From Octopus sinensis (Eukaryota): 16,903 nucleotides of DNA. Location of the stretch: positions 1 through 16,903 of the forward strand of contig NW_021824947.1 of the NCBI RefSeq assembly GCF_006345805.1, read 5' to 3'. A program made the translations under genes and the position numbers. The notes beneath the pieces were generated by a model. The model was not told where the DNA came from. It saw only the letters and a program-made list of their open reading frames with translations, and made no database searches. Shown here one piece after another: positions 1 through 8,495 of the stretch; within the stretch, counting starts at the first letter, position 1, and each line of letters begins with the position of its first letter.

Positions 1-241
1 CCCATCCCACTCAAAATAAGGGCTGTTTAAGGATGTTGAACGAACCACCCATGTTTCCAAAAGTGAATTATTCAAACCTCTAAGAATTCCTTTTAACACA
101 TGGCTATGGTGCTCCCCCACTACTTCTGCTCGTGATCAGAGATGCACATATTGTCAGCCACTAAGGGTCATGGTCAACTGGTTAAGGTCAAACAACTGAC
201 AAGCAAATCTGTGGTATTGAGCAGAATATTTGCTGTAGCAC
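1..241. repeat. Fragment of an unclassified interspersed repeat, cut by the window start
   Basis: Complex non-coding sequence that I recall as recurrent in Octopus genomes (...gatcagagatgcacatattgtcagccactaagg...gagcagaatatttgctgtagc). Memory only; no internal structure proves it. Confidence 0.3.
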
Positions 242-242
242 A

Positions 243-314
<72 letters not shown>
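242..314. repeat. (TTA)n microsatellite
   Basis: Near-perfect ATT run; source of the poly-Leu and poly-Ile ORFs 142..324 and 188..388. Confidence 0.97.
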
Positions 315-320
315 GTTGTT

Positions 321-468
321 GTAGTAAGTAGCTTGCTTACGAACCACATGGTTCCGAGTACAGTCCTACTGCGTGGCACATTGGGCAAGTGTCTTCTACT
401 ATAGCCTCGGGCCGAACAAAGCCTTGTGAATGGATTTGGTAGACGGAAACTGAAAGAATCTGTCGTAT
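321..468 (+). mobile_element. tRNA-derived SINE-A, 5' half (head slightly truncated)
   Basis: Matches the copies at 6457 and 9780 (gtaagtagcttgcttacgaaccacatggttccgag...gggcaagtgtcttctactatagcctc); ends gtcgtata and runs into (TA)n. Confidence 0.85.
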
Positions 469-470
469 AG

Positions 471-526
471 TATATATGTATATATATTATATAATATATA
501 TATATATATAAATAGATATATATATA

Positions 527-572
<46 letters not shown>

Positions 573-620
573 ATATATAATATATATATAATATATATAT
601 ATATATATTATTATTATATC
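471..620. repeat. Degenerate (TA)n microsatellite
   Basis: TA run with interruptions. Confidence 0.95.
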
Positions 621-1348
621 ATAAACCTTTACATAATAAATAACGTGAAATACACGAAGGGACGAACATAAAACAAACGGGTCATTCAAGCCTTCGTTCT
701 TCAGTCAGAAACCGATTCCTCATCGCAGATTTCGGCTGTTTAATTCTGAGATCCGCTCTGAATAGGCCAGCCACAGAAGGAAAGAATGCAACGCAACAGA
801 GACGAACATGAAACGAAAAAAACTTTTTTGGAGACAGTAACGGTTAAAAACATGGATGACACAGGCGCCCTACGGCTTTGAGACAAAAGGAGACACAAAA
901 ACAATATTAGCCACCGTGGAAAAATAATTACCTTTTCGGTGATGAGACACATGTTGAACAAGCGGCCGATGGCAACAGAATGGCTGAGGCAGCAAGTCGC
1001 AAGAGGGTAAGAGAGAGAAGGGGGTAAGAGAGAGGAAAAGAGGGACCAAGGAGGGTGGAAGGCGAGGACAGAAGCAGTGACCAAGAGAGAGAGGGAGAGA
1101 AGGAATCAGAGAGGCTGGGAGAAAAAGGCGCCAAAACAATTTGGCAACGAAGCAATGGCGAAGGAAAGAAAAAGTTTAAAGACATCGTGCAGGGGTGGTG
1201 ATATGATAAACATAAAGAAGTCATTATGCACGTACGCTGCGAAATATATAATAAACCATTACATAAATAAATAACGTGAAATACACGAAGGACGAACATA
1301 AAAGACTAACGGGTCATTCAAAGCCTTCGTTCTTCAGTCAGAAACCGA

Positions 1349-1351
<3 letters not shown>
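621..1351. mobile_element. Non-coding element with ~100-bp terminal direct repeats (Penelope pLTR-like or TRIM-like, non-autonomous)
   Basis: 621-718 and 1251-1351 are near-identical direct repeats (ataaacc..acgtgaaatacacgaagg..gggtcattcaagccttcgttcttcagtcagaaaccgattc). The interior is strongly purine-skewed on +, and (TA)n flanks both sides. The class is inferred. Confidence 0.55.
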
Positions 1352-1382
<31 letters not shown>

Positions 1383-1400
1383 TTATATATATATATATAT
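1352..1400. repeat. (TA)n microsatellite
   Basis: TA run with one interruption. Confidence 0.95.
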
Positions 1401-1620
1401 GTCCGTTGATTTTTCCTCTAGAGAACATTCTTTTCTTTGTAGTTTGATCGTAGGTGATCTACTTCTAGCATACGGCTGACCACCTAGTGGTTCTGCCCTT
1501 TAAATATACACATGTATTAGAATTTTCTCTGATTTTTCAGATTTTTGTATGCTAGGCTACTGGTTTTAAATTGATATTAATTAAATTAATATTAAAGTTA
1601 TCTCCCTCATTATTTAAATG

Positions 1621-1653
<33 letters not shown>

Positions 1654-1655
1654 GA

Positions 1656-1708
<53 letters not shown>

Positions 1709-1740
1709 TATTATTATTATATTATTATTATTATATTATT
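1621..1740. repeat. (TA)n followed by (TTA)n; the (TTA)n is the (TAA)n tail/target of the adjacent minus-strand LINE
   Basis: TA 1621-1646; ATT 1657-1740. Confidence 0.95.
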
Positions 1741-2261
1741 CAGTAGTTTTTATTTTTATAGCGTGCTTTCACTTCACTACCGAGCGCAGCTCTGTGTGCC
1801 TTAGGTATGTGCTGTGATTTATTGTGATGCTCTGATGGTTATTGTATGGAAAGTGTTCTGCGTAGGATGTGTGCAGTGCCTAGTAGTGCAATTTCTGTAT
1901 GTTATATGTTTTGTAAGTCCTGGTGTTTTTTTTATTTGTCTGAATATTTTTTATCATGCCTAATGCACCTACTATGATAGGGATTGTTTCTGTTTTTAGA
2001 TTCCACATTCTGTTACCTCTATTTCCAGGTCTTTGTATTTTGAGAGTTTCTCCATTTCTTTTAGAGACACGTTGTCATCTGCCGGTATTGATACATCATT
2101 AGAAAGCATTTTTTTTCTTCATGATCTCTGATAACTATATCTGATCTGTTGGCCTTAATTTCTCTATCTGTGTGTATCGGCATATCCCAGAGTATGGTTG
2201 CTTTCTCGTTTTCTGTGTATGGTTGCTTTCTCGTTTTCTGTGTATGGTTGCTTTCTCGTTT
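1741..2261 (-). mobile_element. 5'-truncated R4/Dong-like non-LTR retrotransposon: restriction-like endonuclease C-terminus plus ~100-nt 3' UTR
   Basis: Manual minus-strand translation across frameshifts: TENEKATILWDMPIHTDREIKANRSDIVIRDHEEKKCFL(I)DVSIPADDNVSLKEMEKLSKYKDLEIEV..MWNLKTETIPIIVGALGMIK..IQKIALLGTAHILRRTLSIQ*, stop at 1839-1841. This matches the NRPDIV..IDV.IP..EK..KY..W..IPIVIGALG pattern of R4-clade RLE domains. Confidence 0.8.
2192..2261. repeat. 25-bp tandem repeat x2.8 at the LINE 5' truncation point
   Basis: gtatggttgctttctcgttttctgt at 2192, 2217 and 2242 (last partial). Confidence 0.95.
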
Positions 2262-2323
2262 ATTATTATTATTATATTATTATTATTATTATATTATTAT
2301 TATTATTATTATTACTATTATTA
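2261..2323. repeat. (TTA)n microsatellite
   Basis: ATT run with 1-nt slips. Confidence 0.95.
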
Positions 2324-2520
2324 TGGCCGCCATATTGTAAAGTCATGGAAATTTGGTGCTTTTAAGTTGTAAAGTGTTTGTAACTTTTCCCGCCTTTTCA
2401 TATTTATTCTTACCATTACATTTCTGAGATTGTCTGGACTGCGCAGATAGTACTTTTGTGTAGAAATATCCCATGTTTTACAGGGGTTTGCATAAATAAT
2501 TTTTGAATTTTAATTGCTTT

Positions 2521-2524
<4 letters not shown>

Positions 2525-2552
<28 letters not shown>
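2525..2552 (+). repeat. Poly(A) tract, 28 nt
   Basis: Direct count. Confidence 0.95.
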
Positions 2553-2556
<4 letters not shown>

Positions 2557-2758
2557 CAATTTTCTGTAATTATTTAAAGATAGCTAATAAAGAAGCCATC
2601 ATAATGTTCGATAAAGGAACGTGCTCCTTGTCGAGAAATTTTGAGAACAAGGAAAGAACTGAGATTGTCAACATCGAATGACCTAAACTTAATGACGTCA
2701 CCGAGGTGAAATTTTTTTATTCCCTAAGCAACGGCAAAACTTTCGGTGTCGACGACGA

Positions 2759-2835
2759 GAACAACAACAGCAGCAACAGCAGTAGTGACAGCAGCAGCAG
2801 CACTGACAGCAGCAGCGGCAGTGGCAGCAGCAGCA
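2759..2835. repeat. Degenerate (CAA/CAG/GCA)n low-complexity tract
   Basis: aacaacaacagcagcaacagcagt...ggcagcagcagc; gives poly-Ser, poly-Ala/Thr and poly-Leu in the ORF track. Confidence 0.9.
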
Positions 2836-3032
2836 AAAGCAAATTTCGCTCCTCCTGCATCTTTTGCGTCAGCGGCGAGAAATGTGGAAAGTTTCTACAT
2901 TGATGAAAGAGAATTAGAATTAGCAAGAAAAATTGTAAAAAGAGATGGGAGAAGGCTAGCTCTAAGCCTTCCATCTAACGAGGTAGAAAACATCGCATGA
3001 TGCAAGGTAAATATCGCAAGATGCACGGTAAC

Positions 3033-3637
3033 ATACCTATTTCTTTATTACCCACAAGGGGCTAAACACAGAGGGGACAAGCAAGGACAGACATAGGTAT
3101 TAAGTCGATTACATCGACCCCAGTGCGTAACTGGTACTTAATTTATCGACCCCGAAAGGATGAAAGGCAAAGTCAACCCCGACGGAATTTGAACTCAGAA
3201 CGTAATGACAGACGAAATACCTATTTCTTTATTACCCACAAGGGGCTAAACACAGAGGGGACAAGCAAGGACAGACATAGGTATTAAGTCGATTACATCG
3301 ACTCCAATGCGTAACTGGTACTTAATTTATCGACCCCGAAAGGATGAAAGGCAAAGTCAACCCCGACGGAATTTGAACTCAGAACGTAACGACAGACGAA
3401 ATACCTATTTCTTTATTACCCACAAGGGGCTAAACACAGAGGGGACAAGCAAGGACAGACATAGGTATTAAGTCGATTACATCGACCCCAGTGCGTAACT
3501 GGTACTTAATTTATCGACCCCGAAAGGATGAAAGGCAAAGTCAACCCCGACGGAATTTTGAACTCAGAACGTAATGACAGACGAAATACTGCTAAGCATT
3601 TCGCCCGGCGTGCTAACGATTCTGCCAGCTCTCCGCC
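3033..3637 (-). mobile_element. tRNA-derived SINE-B: one head plus three tandem 184-bp bodies
   Basis: Minus strand: ggcggagagctggcagaatcgttagcacgccgggcgaaatgc (A-box TGGCAGAATCG), B-box gagttcaaattcc, body ..gactttgcctttcatcctttcggggtcgataaattaagtaccag.., tail ..aataaagaaataggtat. Units start at 3033, 3217 and 3401 on +. Confidence 0.9.
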
Positions 3638-3639
3638 TT

Positions 3640-6007
3640 CGTTGCATCGGAGTCATGTCTCGGTGGGTGGAAAATGCTCCTGAGAGCGAAGCACAAAAAT
3701 ACCTTGGGCACACGTGGGAACAAAAGACCCACGTCACCCGAGGAAAGAAGTCTGGAACCATTGAGGTTTTTCATGCCAGATTTGTTTGGCAGCCTCTTGA
3801 CAGATATCTACAGTAACTGGCAACAAAACGGGAGAATTCCTAGTGCTGTTCGCCGGGGTGTAGTAACACTGCTACGAAAGGACAAACAATGGGAACATGC
3901 TAGGAAATTTTCGGCACGTAGCTCTGCTAAGCACAGAGTTTAAGATTCTGGCCAAGGTGTTAGCAAAAAGGTTGGTAGTCTGGTCGTTGGTAGTCTGGTC
4001 AGGGAGACAAAAACGTGCGCAATCCCGAGAAGATCTATTCACGACAACCTCCACCTTATGCGATAAATCGTAGAGAGGACTGGGACTAAAGCTGGCTTCT
4101 GTGGGGCCCTGATCAATTTAGATCAGTCGAAAGCTTTCGATAGGATAGATCATCGCTACATGGAAGCCGTCCTTAACGCGGCCGGTTTCGGACCCGTTTT
4201 CAGAGGTTGGATTGCTGCAATGCACAGCGGCACCTGCTCGGTGGTCAAAGTAAATGGCCATCTATCAGAACTGTTTAGTATCGCACGTTTGGTTCGTCAG
4301 GGCTGCCCGTTGTCACCACCTGAATGTACTGGCTCTCAAGCAACTACCGCAAAAGTTGAAACAGTTAAGAGGCTTCCCTTTCAAAATTGGAATAGGGAGG
4401 GCAGTGTCTTGCATACGCGGACGACGTCACCGTCATGGTGTCGGACGCCTCCGAAGTGGAGACGTTTGGATCCACTGTAAAGGAATATGGATCGGTTGCA
4501 GGGGCTAAAATCAATGCCTACAAGTCGACGGGATTGCGACTGGGCACCTGGAGACGCAGATCGATGCCGTCGGACTGTGGACTGACGGACTAGTTAAACT
4601 GCTCGGGGTCTGGTTTGGTCCCGACCTCCAGGTAGATAAGAACTGGGAAGAGGTGACGAACAGGGTGACTTCTCTTACCTAGAAATGGGCAGAGCGAAAG
4701 TTGTCCCTGAAAAGTCGTGCAGAAGTGGCGAATGCCTTCATCAACTCTGTCATCATTTATCGTCTGACCATTGTACCATGCCCTGGTTACCGCTTGATTA
4801 GATTAGAGCGTATTCTGTTTATTTTCTTGTGGAAGGGACGCTTTCCAATGATCAGGCGGTCGGTCTGCTGTGAACTTCCTTTGCGTGGCGGCTTAGGCAG
4901 ACACGCACTCAGGTTGCCTCACTCAGGCTGTGTCACTCAGGTTGCCTCACTCAGGCTGCGATTTCTTGAAAGTGAACGTGTATGGGCTCCGTTTGTGAGA
5001 CACGCCTTTCCACAGCTTGTCTCCATGACAGAACTGCAGTCCTGGGTAAAAGATAGGACGAGACTGGGCACCTGGCACTTAGAACATCGTCAGGCACTCA
5101 CTGTTCTCTACAAGTAAGGCAATAGGATCGGTGGATGTTCCGCTTTAGAAATTTACAGAGGATTAGTAGCGGGGAAGTGTGACGACGTCCTCGGGGAGAC
5201 CTTTAGCGTCGACGAAGACGAAATGGAAAGTCTATTCCGGAGGACTTTCCAGTCGGGGACTATTATGGATAATCTGTTCTGGGTGACTTTCCGGTCAGGG
5301 ATTGCTTTGGATAATTTCCAGATATCTCTGGCCTGGCAGTGCTACTGGGAGTGGGTGGGGGGCGCTACTGGTTCGAGATAAACTCTACAGGTACGGATGT
5401 GCTGTCAGACGAGCTTGTCTGCGGTGCTCGTAGAGCAACGGAACCGTTCTTCATGCATTCGTTCAGTGTCGGGGCATTGCTGACTTGTGGAGTTATGTCG
5501 AACAGTTGCTGTCGCGTGTGGGACAGATCCGTCTGTCGTCCGAGTCTATAATGATGATTTCCCCACCACCCTCCTTTAATTGGGATGGCAAAGCAGTTTT
5601 ACTTTGTCTGGTGGATGTGGTGAAAGAAGTTATCTGGTGGACGAGGTTGAAAGGAATGTGGACAGAGACATTCCTCTTTGGTAAAGCCGTCATCGAAAAG
5701 AAAAAAGAGAGCCACTTACTGTAATGTGTTTTCTTTTTGCATGACACTATCGCCCAAGGTTCCCGTGGTCTTTTCCGTAGGCTTTTCTATCCACGGACAA
5801 ACCTAATCTGTTCTCCCCTCTTATATTGACATTACTGTGATACACGATCCCTATTGATCGGCCCCACCTTTTTTTTCTTCCCCACGATCCCTTTTGATCG
5901 GAATTGGTCCCCCTTTTTGCTTTTTCCTCTTCTCTTCTTCCCAAAAAGAAAAACTCTACTTTGTATTTTGTCCCTTCTGTGTTTAGCCCTGCGTGGCCAA
6001 TAAAGAA

Positions 6008-6009
<2 letters not shown>
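3640..6009 (+). mobile_element. Decayed L1/Tx1-clade LINE (RT, C-terminal CCHC, 3' UTR); endonuclease region absent
   Basis: See the ORF2 motifs below. A pyrimidine-rich 3' UTR ends aataaagaaat and is followed by (ATCT)n. The 5' boundary is uncertain. Confidence 0.88.
3674..5724 (+). pseudogene. L1/Tx1-type ORF2 reverse transcriptase remnant with multiple stops and frameshifts
   Basis: RGVVTLLRKD; FKILAKVLAKRL; DQSKAFDRIDH 4121-4153; QGCPLSP 4298-4318; YADD 4414-4425; LERILFIFLWKG; GGLG; CLRC-x8-H-x4-C zinc knuckle 5416-5469. Confidence 0.9.

Positions 6010-6086
<77 letters not shown>
6008..6086. repeat. Perfect (ATCT)n tetranucleotide repeat, about 20 units
   Basis: Directly abuts the LINE 3' end. 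Confidence 0.97.
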
Positions 6087-6089
6087 GAT

Positions 6090-6160
6090 AAGGTGCTGCG
6101 CAGTGGGACAGAACCCAAAACCACATGCTTGTAAAGTGCAGTTTTTAACTACATAGCTAT
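6090..6160 (-). mobile_element. Diverged tRNA-SINE head fragment (SINE-A-like)
   Basis: Reverse complement tagctatgtagttaaaaactgcac...atgtggttttgggttctgtcccactgcgcagcacctt aligns with the SINE-A head. Confidence 0.6.
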
Positions 6161-6248
6161 ACTAACATCTAAAGTTACCGTTATTTATTATTTTGGTGGT
6201 GTTTCTCGTCAAAGTTTACCCCCTCCGCTGATATACACTCGAGGAAAA

Positions 6249-6378
6249 ACACACACACACACGCGCGCGCGCACACACACACACACACAGACGCACACAC
6301 ACATACACGCACACGCACACACACACACACACACACGCACACACACACATACACACCGACATATACGCGCATACACAT
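6249..6378. repeat. (CA)n/(CG)n compound microsatellite
   Basis: Source of the VC-rich ORFs. Confidence 0.95.
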
Positions 6379-6456
6379 GTATGTACCACTCGTACATAAA
6401 GACCCACAGTAAAAGCAGTTTATAATCACGGAAAATGTTATCAACTGGTTATTCTT

Positions 6457-6571
6457 AGGAATGGCTGTGTGGTAAGTAGCTTGCTTACGAACCACATGGT
6501 TCCGAGTTCAGTCCCACTGCGTGATACCTTGGGCAAGTGTGTTCTACTATAGCCTCAGACCGTCGTATATG

Positions 6572-6604
<33 letters not shown>

Positions 6605-6830
6605 ATATGTTTGTGTGTCTGTGTTTGCCCCCCAAACATCACTTGAAAACCGATGCTGGTGTGTTTACGTCCCCGTAACTTAGCGGTTCGGCAAAAAGAG
6701 ATCCGATAGAATAAATACTAGGCTTACAAAGAATAAGTCCTGGGGTCGATTTTCTCGACTAAAGGTAGTGCTCCAGCATGGCCACAGTCAAATGACTGAA
6801 ACAAGTAAAAGAGTAAAAGAGTAAAGAGTA
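6457..6830 (+). mobile_element. Near full-length tRNA-derived SINE-A with internal (TA)/(TG) microsatellite and CR1-type 3' tail
   Basis: A-box tggctgtgtgg; B-box-like gagttcagtccc; internal deletion relative to the 321 copy; central ..gtaacttagcggttcggcaaaa..ctggggtcgat..; tail gtgctccagcatggccacagtcaaatgactgaaac plus (gtaaaaga)n. Confidence 0.9.
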
Positions 6831-6920
6831 TAGAAAACATCTTCTTCCCCAACAGCCATTCCTATGGAAGCTAAACCAAAGCAAGTTTCCAAAATTTTTT
6901 ATATCGTCCAGAAAAATCCT

Positions 6921-7110
6921 GTTCGCATTATTCTGCCAAAATTAATCTTTTTTTATCTAAATTGTTTTGAACTAATCATGCATTATCTTGAATCTATGAG
7001 ATTTTGATGAGGTACCTGTAATTTTTAAAACGATATTGTAGGGTTAGTGTGAGAGACCAGATCTGGCCAGTTTAACCATAAAACAGGCAGAATACTTTTG
7101 GCCGGATATG
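6921..7110. mobile_element. Internal fragment of a probable MITE-like repeat, TIRs not visible
   Basis: Resembles, from memory, a common Octopus repeat (ttgttttgaa.taatcatgcattatct...gatctggccagttt..cataaaacagg.agaata.tttggccggatatg). No terminal repeats found here. Confidence 0.35.
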
Positions 7111-7249
7111 AAAGTACGCAGATATCGAAATGAAAGTACGCAAATTAAGCCCTTACAACGCTGTTGAAATCTTTTGTCATGTGTGTCACACCCACTTTTA
7201 GTCACGCGCGTCACACCCGATTAATAAAAATTATGACTATAGATACGAC

Positions 7250-7315
7250 GAGTGGATTTGGTAGACGGAAGCTGAAAAAAAGCCCGTCTTACTCAATGGA
7301 AAAAAGCCCGTCTTA
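7250..7315 (+). mobile_element. Short SINE-A internal fragment with a local 17-18-bp duplication
   Basis: gagtggatttggtagacggaagctgaaaaaaagcccgtc matches 428-465; gaaaaaa(a)gcccgtctta occurs at 7274 and 7299. Confidence 0.75.
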
Positions 7316-7515
7316 TTCATGTACTGATTCAATGGACGGTGCTGAGGTGTCAAACATTTAAACCAAATTTTCTCAAAACAACTTCGCCGACCGTCCCATA
7401 GGCCTCCCTTTTGAGAAACACTGATTTAACCTAAATTTGAGACTCCAGCAAAAGAAGAAATAATGTATCGCATTTTCATTAAACCCCACCTCAAAAAACT
7501 GGTCAATTGTAGGTC

Positions 7516-7713
7516 TTCATGCTCGCATTTTTCCATGTAATATATATATATATATATATATACATACATATATGTACGTATGTATGTATGTATGTATGTA
7601 TGTATGTATTATGTATGTTGTATGTATGTATGCATGTATGTATGTATGTTGGTATGTATGTATATATGTAAATGTAGTATATATTGTGTGTATTTAATAT
7701 ATATATATATGTG

Positions 7714-7745
<32 letters not shown>

Positions 7746-7747
7746 TA

Positions 7748-7776
<29 letters not shown>
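7516..7776 (-). repeat. Inverted duplicate of the MITE left tip plus its flanking TA/TATG mosaic (partner 10501-10632)
   Basis: 7516-7537 is the exact reverse complement of 10611-10632; shared landmarks continue through the microsatellite. Confidence 0.85.
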
Positions 7777-7780
<4 letters not shown>

Positions 7781-7876
7781 TGAAATAGAAAGATGAATAA
7801 TCTTGTTGTAGATTAATCAAAAGTTACCGATCCTAGTAGCAAAAATCACAGCAGTAAACATTTCTTCAATTCACCT

Positions 7877-7883
<7 letters not shown>

Positions 7884-7917
<34 letters not shown>
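7884..7917. repeat. (TA)n microsatellite
   Basis: Perfect run. Confidence 0.97.
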
Positions 7918-7918
<1 letters not shown>

Positions 7919-8299
7919 CAAGGTGAAGCGGCTGACCTCCCCTGTTCGAAGGTTGTAATGGACGCAGGTTCGTGCGTCATATAGCTAGCTAGAGGCGATG
8001 GCCTCTTGGAGCTAATCAGCGACAGCTTTAGTCTTATATTTAAAGACTACCATATTAGTATGGCGATAACTATTAATATATATATGTATTCATATATATA
8101 TATCTTTTTATATATACGTTTAGAAAATGCAAATATTGCACGATTAAGAAGTAAGCAAATAGTCTTTTGTTAAAAAAAATTGAAGTATTTTGACTTAACA
8201 TTCACCCTGAAATAAAGCTCAAACCATCTTGATTGAATACAATAATGGTTTTCTTTCACTAAAAAACACACTTTTTTCTCACCTGGAATCGATTTTTGT

Positions 8300-8439
8300 A
8301 ATTTTTTTAAAGACTTATACACGTCCTGATACCGTCGGTATCTGCATATCAAATTTGAGCGCAATCGGATGGAGGATGCTCGAGATCCCAGAAGACACAC
8401 ACACACAACAATACACACACACACACACAACACACACAC

Positions 8440-8495
<56 letters not shown>

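Noticed and set aside
142-388. Poly-Leu and poly-Ile ORFs; likewise the IY, VC, HT and MYVC ORFs at 1571, 2149, 6181, 7503, 8170, 9870, 10096, 13514, 13910 and 14230
   Set aside because: They are translations of stop-free microsatellites; no protein signal.
690-740. Hammerhead ribozyme on the minus strand (GAAA..CUGAAGA motifs), as often found in Penelope pLTRs
   Set aside because: The motifs occur in GAAA-then-CUGAAGA order, and I could not build stems I-III with a valid UH cleavage site by hand. An Infernal or RNAMotif search of the family consensus would settle it.
1003-1056. G-quadruplex from four GGG tracts
   Set aside because: Loops are long (about 8-17 nt); weak, and expected in a purine-rich tract.
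740-1299. Several overlapping 65-123-aa ORFs
   Set aside because: Produced by purine/pyrimidine skew; low complexity with no recognisable domain.
2873-3006. Candidate host exon (ttttgcgtcag| ... aag|gtaaat)
   Set aside because: All three frames contain stops before the donor, there is no partner exon, and such splice-like motifs are common by chance.
3033-3637. CRISPR-like or prokaryotic repeat array
   Set aside because: The units are contiguous SINE copies without unique spacers, there are no cas genes, and the context is eukaryotic.
7369-7423. hAT-like end (ttgagaaacactg) with a 10-bp inverted repeat
   Set aside because: Only one convincing terminus and no 8-bp TSD.
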